Shown: one piece after another, positions 9,502 to 19,925 of the stretch
Position numbering within the stretch: the first letter of the stretch is position 1
Layout of the letters: the number at the start of each line of letters is the position of its first letter
NCBI GenBank assembly: GCA_045863395.1
Contig: BTVJ01000033.1
Location: forward strand, 1-64,000
Source of the DNA: Myxococcales bacterium
Lineage (GTDB): Bacteria; Myxococcota_A; UBA9042; JABWCM01; BTVJ01
Reading direction: 5' to 3'
Length of the DNA stretch: 64,000 nt
Made by a program: the position numbers and the translations under genes
The notes under the pieces: generated by a model
What the model was told of the DNA's origin: nothing
The model's database searches: none
The model's input: the letters and a program-made list of their open reading frames with translations, nothing else

Positions 9502-10455
9502 CTACACGGCGCCCTCGCGCCGGTACCACTCCACCATCTTGCGGATCCCGTCCTCGATGGGCGTCCTCGGGTCGTAGCCCAGCTCACTGCTCATGCGGCT
9601 GATGTCCGCAAAGGTGCGCGTCACGTCGCCCGGCTGCAGTGGCCTCTGGTCGATGCGCGGCTCGACGCCCAGCGTGCGCCCGATGATCGCGATGAGCTCT
9701 CGCAGCGTCACCGTGCGCGACTCCCCGATGTTGTAGACCCGATAGCCATCGCAGTGGTCCACCGCCCGGACGACGCCGTCCATGATGTCGTCGACGTAGG
9801 TGTAGTCCCGCGACGTGGTGCCGTCCCCGAACATGGGCACGGGCTGGCCATTGGCCAGGAGGTCGATGAAGCGGTGGATCGCCATCTCGGGGCGCTGGCG
9901 GGGCCCGTAGACGGTGAAGAAGCGCAGGCACAGGATGCTCATGCCGTAGAGGTGGTGGTAGGTGTGGCAGAGGAGCTCGGTCGCCTTCTTGGTGGCAGCG
10001 TAGGGGCTGACCGGCTGGTCCACCGGGTCGTCCTCGCTGTAGGGCACCTTGGCGTTTGCGCCATAGACGCTGGATGAGCTGGCGACCACGAGGCGCGAGA
10101 CGCCGGCGAGGCGCGCAGCCTCCAGGACGTTGGTCGTGCCCTCGCAGTTGACCCTCCAGTAGAGGGCCGGCTGCTGGATGGACGGCCGCACCCCCGCCCG
10201 CGCCGCCAGGTGGACGACCATGTCCACGGGCTGCGCCGCGATGATCTCCCGCATGTGCGTGGCGTCGCAGATGTCCGCCTCCACGAGGGAGAACGCAGGG
10301 TTTCCCGCATGGTGCGCGAGGTTCCGGTGCTTGATCGCCGGGTCGTAGAAGGTGTTGAAGTCGTCGATGACCACGACACGGTCACCCCGTGCGAGGAGCC
10401 GGTCCACCAGATGGGACCCGATGAAGCCGGCGCCGCCGGTCACCACCACGTTCAT
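9502..10455 (-). CDS. NAD-dependent epimerase (UDP-glucuronate 4-epimerase-like)
   Basis: VTGGAGFIG, HLAARAGVRPS, SSSSVYG, YAATK, RFFTVYGPRQRPEMA; start at MNVVV overlaps the upstream stop. Confidence 0.9.
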   Translation of the reverse strand: MNVVVTGGAGFIGSHLVDRLLARGDRVVVIDDFNTFYDPAIKHRNLAHHAGNPAFSLVEADICDATHMREIIAAQPVDMVVHLAARAGVRPSIQQPALYWRVNCEGTTNVLEAARLAGVSRLVVASSSSVYGANAKVPYSEDDPVDQPVSPYAATKKATELLCHTYHHLYGMSILCLRFFTVYGPRQRPEMAIHRFIDLLANGQPVPMFGDGTTSRDYTYVDDIMDGVVRAVDHCDGYRVYNIGESRTVTLRELIAIIGRTLGVEPRIDQRPLQPGDVTRTFADISRMSSELGYDPRTPIEDGIRKMVEWYRREGAV

Positions 10456-11576
10456 TCTGACCTCCCGGAGTCGGGTTCGCGCCCGTTGGTGAAGCTGCAG
10501 ATCGCGTCTGTGACCCGCTCCAGCTCGTCCGAGCGCAGCCCGGGGAAGACGGGCAGGGCGAGGATGGACCGGGCCGCCTGCTCCGCGTGCGGGAGGTCCC
10601 CCGGACGGTAGCCCAGGTGACGGAAGCACGGCTGGAGGTGCAGCGGCATGGGGTAGTAGATCTCCGTCGCGATGCCGGCCGCAGCCAGGTGGGCGCGCAG
10701 CCCGTCCCGGTCGTCGGCGACCACGCAGAGCTGGTTCCAGGCGTGCGTGCCGGGGCCCCCGTCGGGCAGCCGCACCGTCACCTTGCGCTCCGCGAAGAGC
10801 CGTCGATAGGCCTCAACGTTCGCGGCGCGGGCGCGGGTCCAGGCGCCCAGGTGCGGCAGCTTGACCCGGAGCAGGGCTGCCTGGAGCGGATCGAGCCGGA
10901 AGTTGCCCCCGATGACGCCGTAGACGTAGCGAGGGTGGCTCCCGTGCTGTCTCAGAAGCCGCAGGCGGTCGGCGAGGGCGCCATCGTCCGTGGTCACCAG
11001 GCCGCCGTCACCGAAGGCGCCCAGGTTCTTGGCGGGGAAGAAGCTGAAGCAGCCAGCGGCGCCGAGGGAGCCTGCGGGGCGGCCGTCACGCGTGGCCGCG
11101 CCGATGGCCTGCGCCGCGTCCTCGATGATCGGCACGCCGGCTGCGCGAAGGGGCTCGACGTCGGCGAGGCGCCCGAAGAGGTGCACCGGCAGGATGGCGC
11201 GGGTCCGCGGCGTCACCCGCGCCAGGGCGGCCTGCGGGTCCAGGTTGAAGCTCCCGGGGTCGATGTCGGCGAACACTGGAATGGCGCCGAGGCGCTGGAT
11301 GACCTCCGCCGTCGAGATGAACGTGAAGGGCGTCGTGATCACCTCGTCGCCCGGCTGGATGTCCATTGCCATGAGGGTGGCGAGCAGCGCGTCGGTTCCC
11401 GACGAGACGCCCACGGCGTGGCGGGTGCCGCAGGTGGCTGCGGCTTCGGCCTCGAACGCTTCCACCTCCGGGCCCAGGATGTACCGCCCGGACTGGAGAA
11501 CGCGCGTGGCGGCGGACAGGAGCTCCGGCCACAGCGGCTCGTGGATGCGCGAGAGATCGTTCAGCGGGATGGTCAC
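10452..11576 (-). CDS. DegT/DnrJ/EryC1/StrS-family PLP aminotransferase
   Basis: SSGTDAL, IIEDAAQAIG, FSFFPAKNLGAFGDGG. Confidence 0.92.
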   Translation of the reverse strand: MTIPLNDLSRIHEPLWPELLSAATRVLQSGRYILGPEVEAFEAEAAATCGTRHAVGVSSGTDALLATLMAMDIQPGDEVITTPFTFISTAEVIQRLGAIPVFADIDPGSFNLDPQAALARVTPRTRAILPVHLFGRLADVEPLRAAGVPIIEDAAQAIGAATRDGRPAGSLGAAGCFSFFPAKNLGAFGDGGLVTTDDGALADRLRLLRQHGSHPRYVYGVIGGNFRLDPLQAALLRVKLPHLGAWTRARAANVEAYRRLFAERKVTVRLPDGGPGTHAWNQLCVVADDRDGLRAHLAAAGIATEIYYPMPLHLQPCFRHLGYRPGDLPHAEQAARSILALPVFPGLRSDELERVTDAICSFTNGREPDSGRSE

Positions 11577-11579
11577 GAG

Positions 11580-11855
11580 CTACTCACCGATTCCGAAGAC
11601 ATACATGACGCCGAGCACGATGAACACGCCCCCGGCGATGCGCCGCAGCCACTCCTCGGGGACCACCTTGCCCAGCGAACCCCCGACGAGCACGGCGATG
11701 GCGGACGTGGCGATGAGCGCCAGGGCGGAGCCGACGAAGACCGCCCACTTGCTCGTTGCGCCGGCGGACAGGGTCAGCGTGGCGAGCTGGGTCTTGTCGC
11801 CCAGCTCCGCCAGGAAGATGGCCCCGAAGGTCGTGATCAGGAGCTTCCAGTCCAT
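11580..11855 (-). CDS. TMEM165/GDT1 (UPF0016) family membrane protein
   Basis: FLAELGDKTQLA signature; 3 TM segments. Confidence 0.88.
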   Translation of the reverse strand: MDWKLLITTFGAIFLAELGDKTQLATLTLSAGATSKWAVFVGSALALIATSAIAVLVGGSLGKVVPEEWLRRIAGGVFIVLGVMYVFGIGE

Positions 11856-11953
11856 TCTGCCTCCAATTGGCGCGTGTCTACCACAGGCCCGGCGCGGGGT
11901 CACGCGTTGCCTGCACGCCGGGCGATGTGGCACCTTGCCGGCCCGGAGGACGC

Positions 11954-12850
11954 ATGGGGCAAGAGACGCGCTCGGGACTGATCACCTTCCTGTCGGTGTC
12001 GCGTCTGCATATCGTCGCCATCGCGGCGCTGGGCACGCTGACCTTCGGCTGGCTGTTCACGGGTCTCCATGCCGTGTCCCTGGCCCTGATCGCCGCCATC
12101 GACTGGTTCCTGGTCAACCTGGTCAACCGGGTGGTGGACATCCCCGAGGACCGGGCCAACCGCATCGCAGGGACGGAGCTGGTCGCTCGCCGGAGCCGCG
12201 CCCTGGTCGTGGGGTCGGTCACCCTGCTCGTCGCCTCCTTCGCGGTGGTCCAGGTCGTGGAGCCCTCCCTGTGGCCGCTGCGCGTGGCCTACCACCTGCT
12301 GGGGCTCGTCTACAACGTGCGGCTGCTGCCGTGGCGGGGGGGGCGTGTGCGCCTGAAGGAGCTGTACGCAGTCAAGAACACCGCCAGCGCCCTCGGCTTC
12401 ATGATCACCGTGTTTGGCTACCCCCTCGTCGCGCGGGCGGGGGCCGTCTCCGTGGCGTGGGAGTATGTGGTCGCCATGGGCGTCTTCTTCTTCTTCTCGG
12501 AGCTGAGCTACGAGGTGGTCTACGACCTCCGCGACGTCCCGGGTGACGAGGCGGCGGGGGTGCCGACCTTCCCGGTGGTCCACGGGCGCCGGGCGACGCG
12601 CTGGATCATCTACGGGCTCCTCGGCACGAGCGCCGCGGCGCTGATCGCAGGCTACGCCGTGGGGGCCATCGACTGGGCGGGCTTCGTGATGATCGTGGGG
12701 CTCGTCGTACAGCTCGCGGCGTACCTGCGCTTCGACGCCCGGGGGGTCACCGCCCGGGACTGCATCCGCCTCACGCTGACCGGGGCCGCCCTGCTGGCGG
12801 CGTACAACCTGTGGGTGTGGAGCGGGCTGCCCCTGTCTCCGTGGACATGA
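11954..12850 (+). CDS. UbiA-family prenyltransferase
   Basis: NRVVDIPEDRAN and YDLRDVPGD Asp-rich motifs; multi-TM; GGAGGA RBS. Confidence 0.8.
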   Translation: MGQETRSGLITFLSVSRLHIVAIAALGTLTFGWLFTGLHAVSLALIAAIDWFLVNLVNRVVDIPEDRANRIAGTELVARRSRALVVGSVTLLVASFAVVQVVEPSLWPLRVAYHLLGLVYNVRLLPWRGGRVRLKELYAVKNTASALGFMITVFGYPLVARAGAVSVAWEYVVAMGVFFFFSELSYEVVYDLRDVPGDEAAGVPTFPVVHGRRATRWIIYGLLGTSAAALIAGYAVGAIDWAGFVMIVGLVVQLAAYLRFDARGVTARDCIRLTLTGAALLAAYNLWVWSGLPLSPWT

Positions 12851-13643
12851 GCAGGAACCACGGCGGGGCGAAGGCGAGGGCGAAGGCGATGAGGGGGGCG
12901 TTGCCGCGGTGGTGCAGCGCGATGAGCGCAAAGAAGAGGCTGGCGGCGACCATGCGGGCGACCATCTCGTCGAGCGGGACCCGGGCGCGGCGGCGCCAGC
13001 GGAGGGCCGCGGCGCTGAGGGCCAGGCACGCCACGATGGTCGCGCCCGTGGTGGTCCAGTCCGGGATGGGTCGCGTGATCCACTTGAAGAAGCCCCACCA
13101 GGATGCGATCAGGAGCGCGTGGGTGAGCGCGGGTGCGAGAATGACGAGGGCTGGGCGCAGACGGGCTGGCAGCGTCTCCAGGAGCCATATACACGCCGCG
13201 GCGAAGCAGCCCCAGCCCCAGATGCCCATGAGGGGGACGCCGAAGAGGCCGGGCTCGGTCCAGGTCCACAGGCCCGACGAGGTGGCTACACACTCCATGA
13301 GGGTGGCGTCGAAGACCACGATGGCGGCGCCGCCGGCGACGATGGCGGGGCGGCGGGACCACAGGCGCGCGGCCAGCTCCCGCGCGCTCAGGATCACGAA
13401 GGGCCAGATGGTCGCCACCATCAGCGGCATGCGGTCCAGCATGACGTGCCAGCGAGGGTCGTAGGCGTAGAAGCCGTAGGCGTGGATGGCCGTGTCCTCG
13501 GCGAGCCAGGCGGCGGGGGCGATCAGCGCGAAGCCGCGCAGAAACGAGATGCCCTCGGCGGCGCCGCGGCGGAAGCGCACGCCGAAGTAGAACAGCATGA
13601 TGCCGAGGGCCGCGAGCTCGACCCAGTCGAAGGGGTCCGTCAT
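12771..13643 (-). CDS. Multi-TM protein, carotenoid biosynthesis (CruF/DUF422)-like
   Basis: E...GFYAY...MPL...W and D...E...GLWTW...FGVPL...GW patterns; its 3' end overlaps the convergent UbiA gene. Confidence 0.55.
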   Translation of the reverse strand: MTDPFDWVELAALGIMLFYFGVRFRRGAAEGISFLRGFALIAPAAWLAEDTAIHAYGFYAYDPRWHVMLDRMPLMVATIWPFVILSARELAARLWSRRPAIVAGGAAIVVFDATLMECVATSSGLWTWTEPGLFGVPLMGIWGWGCFAAACIWLLETLPARLRPALVILAPALTHALLIASWWGFFKWITRPIPDWTTTGATIVACLALSAAALRWRRRARVPLDEMVARMVAASLFFALIALHHRGNAPLIAFALAFAPPWFLLMSTETGAARSTPTGCTPPAGRPRSA

Positions 13644-13719
13644 GGCCGGTGCGTCTACCAGCGGGCGGGAGGCGGTGTCAACGTGCGCCGGTCGTCCCGG
13701 CGCGCTATGCTCTGCGCCC

Positions 13720-14520
13720 ATGGGACGCTTGTTCATGGGCATGTTGGTCGTGCTCGCCGGCTGCGGCGGCGAGGAGAGCGCCAGCGACGCGACAGGCGAC
13801 GTCGCGGACGTGTCGAGCCCCTTCGGTCCCGGCGGTCCCGGTGGTCCCGGCGGTCCCGGTGGTCCAGGTGGTCCCGGCGGTCCCGGCGGGCAGGATGCCA
13901 CGCTGGCGATGGACGCTGCCGTCTCGTCGGACGCTCCGAGCGTCGACGCCTGCTCCTGCCAGGGCCTCCAGTGCGGCGACGATGGGTGCGGCGGCTCCTG
14001 CGGCGCGTGTGCCCTCGGGACCACGTGCGACGGCGGCCAGTGTGTCGCGGAGGCGCCCACCGGACCCCGGTGCTCCGAGGCATGGGGCTGCGTCGATGGC
14101 TGCGGGGGCGACCGCGCCTGTGCCCTGGCGTGCGGCGCCCGCGTAGACCCCGCCGAGCGCTCGCGCCTGGAGGCGGCGGTGCGGTGCCGGTTCGAGCACT
14201 GCGCAGCGTGCGACGGCGACCCGCTCTGCGAGGCCCACTGCACCCTGGACGCCTGCGCGGGCCCCGTCTACGGCTGCTTCCGCGGCGAGGCGCGCTGCAC
14301 GGAGATCGGCGCGTGCGTGGATGCCTGCCCCGCCGAGCGCGGCTGCGGCGCCGCCTGCGCGCGCGAGGGGACCCCGGCGGCGCAGCGGGCGTGGTGGGAG
14401 CTGGTGCTGTGCGTCAGCGATCGGTGCGGCCCCAGCGTGCCGGCCGACTGCCGGACCCTGGTCACGGGCCCCGGAGGCCAGTGCTCCGACGCCCTCGCCG
14501 GCTGCGCCGCCGCACGCTGA
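13720..14520 (+). CDS. Cysteine-rich lipoprotein with a (Gly-Pro-Gly)7 linker
   Basis: Lipobox VVLAGC; QCGDDGCGGSCGAC motif; many Cys pairs. Confidence 0.7.
   Translation: MGRLFMGMLVVLAGCGGEESASDATGDVADVSSPFGPGGPGGPGGPGGPGGPGGPGGQDATLAMDAAVSSDAPSVDACSCQGLQCGDDGCGGSCGACALGTTCDGGQCVAEAPTGPRCSEAWGCVDGCGGDRACALACGARVDPAERSRLEAAVRCRFEHCAACDGDPLCEAHCTLDACAGPVYGCFRGEARCTEIGACVDACPAERGCGAACAREGTPAAQRAWWELVLCVSDRCGPSVPADCRTLVTGPGGQCSDALAGCAAAR
13825..13887 (+). repeat. 9-bp coding tandem repeat GGTCCCGGY, 7 copies
   Basis: Read directly from the sequence; encodes GPG x7. Confidence 0.9.
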
Positions 14521-14648
14521 TCCGCGACGACCAGGCCGCGCCAGCATCCGCGTCGGGACGAGCGCAGGGCGGGCCGCGGATGGGACGCCGGAGCGGACTT
14601 GACGCCCCGGGTGCGCAGCCGCTATGGAAGGGGGCGGACCCGCGAAGG

Positions 14649-15890
14649 ATGCCGATGCCCAGCCACACCATCGTCTGCCTGTCGTCCCAGAGCTGGGACG
14701 AGCCGCTGTGGACGAACAAGCAGCACATCATGTCCCGCCTGGCCTTGGAGCATCGTGTCATCCACGTGGACTTCGGGCTGCGCCCTCTGCCGAGCTACCT
14801 GTGGCTACGGGCGCGAGCGCGGCCGGCGGACCTGCTGCACCCGGCGCGCCTCCTGACGGACGGCGTGATGCCCCGCGGCGGCAACCTGTACGTGGCGGAC
14901 TCCTGGAACCCGACGCTCACGGGCCTCCTGCCCATGCGCCACCCGGTGCGGGACTTCTTCTCCTACGACGCCAAGGTGCTGATGGTGCGGCGCTTCCTGG
15001 AGAGGATCGGCGCGGACGATCCCATCGTCTGGGTCTATCACCCGGGCTACGCGGAGGCCATCGAGCGACTGCCTCGCAAGCTCCTGGTCTACGACTGCGT
15101 GGACGAGTACACCGCGTTCCCCAAGTACCGTCCGGTCGCCGCCTGGATTGCGGAGCGCGAGCGGCGCTTGTGCGCCAAGGCGGACGTCGTGTTCACCACG
15201 AGCCGGACGCTCTACGAGTCCAAGCGCCCCTTGGCGCCGGACCGCACCTTTCTGGTGCACAATGTGGGCGACGCGGAGCACTTCGCGCGCGCGGCCGACC
15301 CGGACCTGCCGATCCCGGCGGACATCGCCGCCATCCGGGTCCGAGGCCCGATCATCGGCTTCGTCGGCGCCGTCAGCGACTACAAGCTGGACGTGCAGTG
15401 GCTGCTCCACGCCGCGAGGTCCCGGCGGGACTGGCAGATCGTCGTCGTCGGGCCTGTCGGGCTCGCGGATCCGTCCACCGACGTGTCGCAGCTCCGGCGT
15501 GAGCCCAACGTGAGCCTGCTCGGGGTGCGTCCCTATGTGGATCTGCCTGCCGTGATCAAGGGCTTCGACGTGGCCGTCATCCCCTACCGCCGGAACGACT
15601 ACACGGCCGGCGTGTTCCCCATCAAGTTCTTCGAGCTGCTGGCCACTGGCAAGCCGGTCGTCATCTCGGATCTCCCGTCCCTGTCCGACTTTCACCGCGA
15701 CGTCCTGGTCGCGGACTCTGCTGAGGCCTTCGTCGCTCGGTGCGAGGAGGCCCTCCACGTGGGCGGGGCCGCGTCCCGGATGGCCATCGCCCGCGAGAAC
15801 TCGTGGCCGCAGCGAATCGCCACCATGATGGGCCACATCGAGGCGCGGCTCGCCCACCGCGCGGAGGAGAGCCATGCCGGCGCTGCTTGA
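14649..15890 (+). CDS. Glycosyltransferase (GT-B, TuaH-like)
   Basis: WTNKQHIM, VYDCVDEY, IGFVGAVSDYK, FPIKFFELLATGKPVV. Confidence 0.88.
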   Translation: MPMPSHTIVCLSSQSWDEPLWTNKQHIMSRLALEHRVIHVDFGLRPLPSYLWLRARARPADLLHPARLLTDGVMPRGGNLYVADSWNPTLTGLLPMRHPVRDFFSYDAKVLMVRRFLERIGADDPIVWVYHPGYAEAIERLPRKLLVYDCVDEYTAFPKYRPVAAWIAERERRLCAKADVVFTTSRTLYESKRPLAPDRTFLVHNVGDAEHFARAADPDLPIPADIAAIRVRGPIIGFVGAVSDYKLDVQWLLHAARSRRDWQIVVVGPVGLADPSTDVSQLRREPNVSLLGVRPYVDLPAVIKGFDVAVIPYRRNDYTAGVFPIKFFELLATGKPVVISDLPSLSDFHRDVLVADSAEAFVARCEEALHVGGAASRMAIARENSWPQRIATMMGHIEARLAHRAEESHAGAA

Positions 15891-17115
15891 CCGCCCCTTG
15901 CGCAGGATGCGCGCGCTCGTCGGCCGCGAGCTGGACGTCCGGGTCGACGCGGAGGTCCCCGTCCTGGCGCTTGGCTCCGCGGGGCGGCGCTCCGTCTGCT
16001 ACCCGAGACCCCTGGGACCCCGGAGCGTCGTCTACAGCCTCTGCGCGGGAGACCCCCCGTCCTTCGAGCTCGGCCTCGTCGAGACCTTCGGCCTCACGGT
16101 CCACGCGTTCGAGGCGCGCTCCCGGTCGGCGGGCGCGGCGCGGTCACTGCCCGCGGGCATCGTGATGAGCTACCTCGACCTCGCGGGTCCGGGAGACGAG
16201 GTCCCGTCGTCCGAGGGCCACGGGGCGGTGGGGGGCCCGAGGTCGCGGGACTGGTTCGCCGCCCCTGGGCGCCTCCGGTCCCTCATGGAGGATCGCGGTC
16301 ACTCGCACGTCGATCTCTTGAAGCTCGACGTCGGGGGCGCCGAGCACGCCGTCATCGACGACGTGCTGCGGTCCCGGCTCGACGTGCGTCAGATCCTGGT
16401 CGCCCTGCATCACCGGGAGGACCTGGGCCTCAAGCCAGCGCGGCGAGCTCTGCAGGCGCTGCGGGAGGCCGGCTACCGGGTCGTCGCCGCGTCGGACGAC
16501 GGGTGTGAGGTCTGCCTGGTGCGCGCGGACGTGCTGCGGCAGGACGATGCGGGCGACGAGCTGCCCGTGTGGATGGATCCGGTGGAGCTCTCCCAGCTCA
16601 TCGCGGTCGTCGAGGCGACCGCGCCCCGGCGGGTGCTCGAGTGGGGCTGCGGCGGCAGCACGCGGGCGCTGCTCGCCCGCTCGCCGTTCATCGAGCAGTA
16701 CGTGAGCGTGGAGCACGTGGCCGCGTGGTACGCCAAGGTCAAGGCGACCGTCACCGATCCGCGCCTTCGGCTCCACCTGGTCGAGCCCGACCAGCCGCTC
16801 CCCCCCGGGAGCCACACCCAGAGCGAGATCGAGGCCTGGGACAGCCGGGCCGAGACCGAGCGCGCCGTCATGGCCCGCTACGTCGGGCTCCCGCGCACCC
16901 TCGACATGCGCTTCGACCTGGTGCTGGTCGACGGTCGCGCGCGCTGCTTCTGTATCGCCGAGGGCTTCGACCTGCTGGAGCCGGGGGGCGTCCTGGTGCT
17001 GCACGACGCCCAGCGCGAGGAGTACCACGCGGCCATGTGGCGCCTGGGCCGGCCTGTGTTCCTGACTCCGTGGAAGCAGGGCCAGATCTGCCTCGTTCGA
17101 AAGTCGCCTGCGTGA
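15874..17115 (+). CDS. Two-domain methyltransferase (FkbM-like plus class I SAM domain)
   Basis: GHSHVDLLKLDVGGAE (FkbM-like), then VLEWGCGGST and FDLVLVDGRAR. Confidence 0.7.
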   Translation: MPALLDRPLRRMRALVGRELDVRVDAEVPVLALGSAGRRSVCYPRPLGPRSVVYSLCAGDPPSFELGLVETFGLTVHAFEARSRSAGAARSLPAGIVMSYLDLAGPGDEVPSSEGHGAVGGPRSRDWFAAPGRLRSLMEDRGHSHVDLLKLDVGGAEHAVIDDVLRSRLDVRQILVALHHREDLGLKPARRALQALREAGYRVVAASDDGCEVCLVRADVLRQDDAGDELPVWMDPVELSQLIAVVEATAPRRVLEWGCGGSTRALLARSPFIEQYVSVEHVAAWYAKVKATVTDPRLRLHLVEPDQPLPPGSHTQSEIEAWDSRAETERAVMARYVGLPRTLDMRFDLVLVDGRARCFCIAEGFDLLEPGGVLVLHDAQREEYHAAMWRLGRPVFLTPWKQGQICLVRKSPA

Positions 17116-18620
17116 CGGAGTCGCACGCGCAGCAGGCGGGGGTCCTGGTCCTCGGCAAGGTCCTCGCCACCCTGTCCGACTTCATCGTCCCCCTCGTGAT
17201 CGTCCGGCTCCTCGGCAAGGTGGAGGTGGGGGTCCTGGCGGCGCTCCTGCTGATCTACTCCACCGTCGCCATGGTGCTGACCGCGGGCTTCCCCGAGACG
17301 CTGTCCTACTTCCTGCCGGCCCGGCCTGCCACGGAGCGCCGCGCCATCGCCTGGGCCGTCAGCCGCGCCCTGTTCCTCCTCGGGTGCGCCACGGGCCTGC
17401 TGATGCTCCTCCTGTCGTTGATCCCCCTCGTGCACCCGGGGCTGGCCGCCGCGCTCGTGGGCGAGGGCAGCGCCATCGGGGGCGAGTCTCTCTCCTACCT
17501 GGCGATCCTGGCCTTGCTGCCCCTTGCAGACCTGCCGGCGCGGCTCCTGCCGAACCTGCTCGTCGTGGAGCGGCGGGCCCGGGCTGCGGCGGGCCTCGGT
17601 GTGGTCAAGTCCCTCGGTGGCTCCCTCGCGGCCATCGTACCCTTGGCCCTCACGCAGGATCTCATGACGGTGGTCGCCTGCATCACGGCCTTTGGCGTGG
17701 CGTACGGCCTGTTCGTGCCCCTCTACCTCAGGGCCCTCTTCCGCGGCGTCGAGAGCGCGCCGTCGCCCGTGACCTCGCGTGAGCTCGTGCGGTTCGCGAT
17801 CCCCCTCGGGTTGACGGACATCGTGTCTCTGCTCAACTCCCAGCTCGACCGCTACCTGGTCCTCTTCTTCTTCACGGCGGCCGTGTTCGCCGAGTACCAG
17901 GCTGGCGCGTGGCAGGTGCCGATGATCGCGACCATCCCGTATGCCGTGGGCGTGGCCTACACGCCGCGCCTCGTGGCCTGGTTCAAGGAGGGCCGGCCCC
18001 GGGAGGCCATCGACGTCTGGCGGGCGTCGATCACCAAGGTCTCGCTGCTGGTGGTCCCCCTGACCATGGTCTTCGTGGTCGCCGCCGAGGAGACCATGGA
18101 GCTCCTCTTCACGCGCGACTACGTCGGCGCGGCTGGCGTGTTCCGCATCTATTCGATCCTGACGTTGGGGCGCGTGGCGACGTTCGGTTCGGTGATCGTG
18201 GCGGCCGGTAAGCCGCGCTTCGTGCTCTTCGCCGCGCTGCTGAGCTTCGCCTCCAACGCGGTGCTGAGCGTGCCGCTCGTGGTCCTCATCGGTCCCGAGG
18301 GGGCGGCCCTCGGCACGCTCATCGCCTTCGTCCCCACGGCGACCTACTACTGCTGGGCCATCGGTCGTGCCTCGGGGCTGCCCTTGCGTGAGGTCTTTCC
18401 CATGGCGTCCTGGCTGCGCGTCGTCGGCGTGGCGGCGCTCGCGGCGGTGCCCGCCGTGGCGCTCAAGCTGGGGACGGACCAGGCGGCCGCGCCGACCCTG
18501 ATCGTCGTGGCGGTCACCCTGATCGTGTCGTTCTCGGTCGTCGGGAGCGCCGTGGGGCTCATCGAGCGCACCGACTGGAGCTATCTGCGCGCTTGGTTCG
18601 CGCTGCGGGTCCTCCGGTGA
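17112..18620 (+). CDS. Wzx/MOP-family oligosaccharide flippase
   Basis: GTGA-coupled start; about 12-14 TM segments; SQLDRYLV and GPEGAALGT motifs. Confidence 0.8.
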   Translation: MTESHAQQAGVLVLGKVLATLSDFIVPLVIVRLLGKVEVGVLAALLLIYSTVAMVLTAGFPETLSYFLPARPATERRAIAWAVSRALFLLGCATGLLMLLLSLIPLVHPGLAAALVGEGSAIGGESLSYLAILALLPLADLPARLLPNLLVVERRARAAAGLGVVKSLGGSLAAIVPLALTQDLMTVVACITAFGVAYGLFVPLYLRALFRGVESAPSPVTSRELVRFAIPLGLTDIVSLLNSQLDRYLVLFFFTAAVFAEYQAGAWQVPMIATIPYAVGVAYTPRLVAWFKEGRPREAIDVWRASITKVSLLVVPLTMVFVVAAEETMELLFTRDYVGAAGVFRIYSILTLGRVATFGSVIVAAGKPRFVLFAALLSFASNAVLSVPLVVLIGPEGAALGTLIAFVPTATYYCWAIGRASGLPLREVFPMASWLRVVGVAALAAVPAVALKLGTDQAAAPTLIVVAVTLIVSFSVVGSAVGLIERTDWSYLRAWFALRVLR

Positions 18621-18704
18621 GCACGCCGCGGCGGTCTCGACAACGTGCGTGGGAGCCGCTACCGTGAGCGGCGCCATGGAGCTTGCTACGCCCGGGGTTC
18701 CCGC

Positions 18705-19925
18705 TTGAAGATCTGCCTCGTGACGAGGGCGATGCCCGCTCATGGCCGGGGGGGCATGGAGGACCACGCCTTGTCCCTGGCGACGGGGCTCGCGGCGCGG
18801 GGGCACGCCGTCACCGTCGTGACCACGGGCCACGACGGCCACGAGGTGGAGCAGGTCGACGGCGTCGAGATCCACTACCTCCGCGGCACGCCTCCCCGTG
18901 TCTACTCCCGCGCCTGGCGCCGGCACAGCACCGAGGCCATCGGGCGGCTCCACCTCACGCGCGGCTTCGATGTGCTGCACAGCCAGAGCGTCGGCGCGTC
19001 GGAGCTCCTCACGCGCGGTCTCCACCGCGCGTGGGGGCTCCCCGCGGTCGTGACCTTCCACGGCACCCCGTTCGACGAGGTCGCGAGCCGCGTGAGCCTC
19101 ATCCGCCACGGGTCTCCGTCGCTGAAGGTCGTCCAGGACCTCTACGACATCGGCTACTGGGCGGCGCAGTATCTCCGCACCTACCGCGCCGTTGCATCGG
19201 CCGCCGACGCGGTGATCGCCACGAGCGACCAGCAGGCGGCTCTCATGGCGCGCATCTTCCGCGTCGATGGGCGCCTCCACAAGGTCTACAACGGCATGGA
19301 CCTGGGTCTGTTTGCTCCCGCGCCCGGCGACGAGGACCTGAGACGTTCGCTGGACCTCCCGCGAGGCGGGCCCGTGCTCCTGTGTGTCGCGCGCTTCGCC
19401 CGAGACAAGGGGCTGAGGTTCGTGGTGAGCGCCCTGCCGGAGATCGCCGCCGAGCACCCCGACGTGCGCCTGGTGCTCGTCGGCGACGGCGAGCAGCGGG
19501 CCGCGCTCACGCGGCTCGTGCAGCGCCTGGGGGTCGAGCGTCTCGTCCGGTTCACCGGGTACGTCCCGCTGGCCCAGCTCCCGACGTGGTTCAACCTCTG
19601 CGACGTGTTCGTGAACGCGACCATCCGGCAGAACGGCTATGACCTGACCATGCTCGAGGCGATGGCCTGCGAGAAGGTCGTCGTGTCGTCCGACATCGGC
19701 AGCACCCCGACCTTGATCCGCGATGGGGTCGACGGGCTGCTGGTGCCCCCCGGGGATGCCGTCGCGCTGGCCAGGCGCATCGCCGCGGCCCTCCGGTCCC
19801 GGGAGCAGCTCGCCGAGATGGGGCGCAGCGCCCGAGCCAAGGCCCTGTCGGCCTTCGGGCTCGGCACCATGGTCGACGGCACCCTTGCAGTCTACGACTC
19901 CGTGAGGAGGGACCATGGACGCTAG
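18705..19925 (+). CDS. GT4-family glycosyltransferase
   Basis: KICLVT...GGME, ARFARDKG, MLEAMAC...SDIGS; start uncertain (TTG 18705 or GTG 18645). Confidence 0.88.
   Translation: MKICLVTRAMPAHGRGGMEDHALSLATGLAARGHAVTVVTTGHDGHEVEQVDGVEIHYLRGTPPRVYSRAWRRHSTEAIGRLHLTRGFDVLHSQSVGASELLTRGLHRAWGLPAVVTFHGTPFDEVASRVSLIRHGSPSLKVVQDLYDIGYWAAQYLRTYRAVASAADAVIATSDQQAALMARIFRVDGRLHKVYNGMDLGLFAPAPGDEDLRRSLDLPRGGPVLLCVARFARDKGLRFVVSALPEIAAEHPDVRLVLVGDGEQRAALTRLVQRLGVERLVRFTGYVPLAQLPTWFNLCDVFVNATIRQNGYDLTMLEAMACEKVVVSSDIGSTPTLIRDGVDGLLVPPGDAVALARRIAAALRSREQLAEMGRSARAKALSAFGLGTMVDGTLAVYDSVRRDHGR

Noticed and set aside
12771..12850. 80-bp convergent overlap of the UbiA and CruF-like genes
   Set aside because: Plausible stop drift in GC-rich DNA; no evidence of function.
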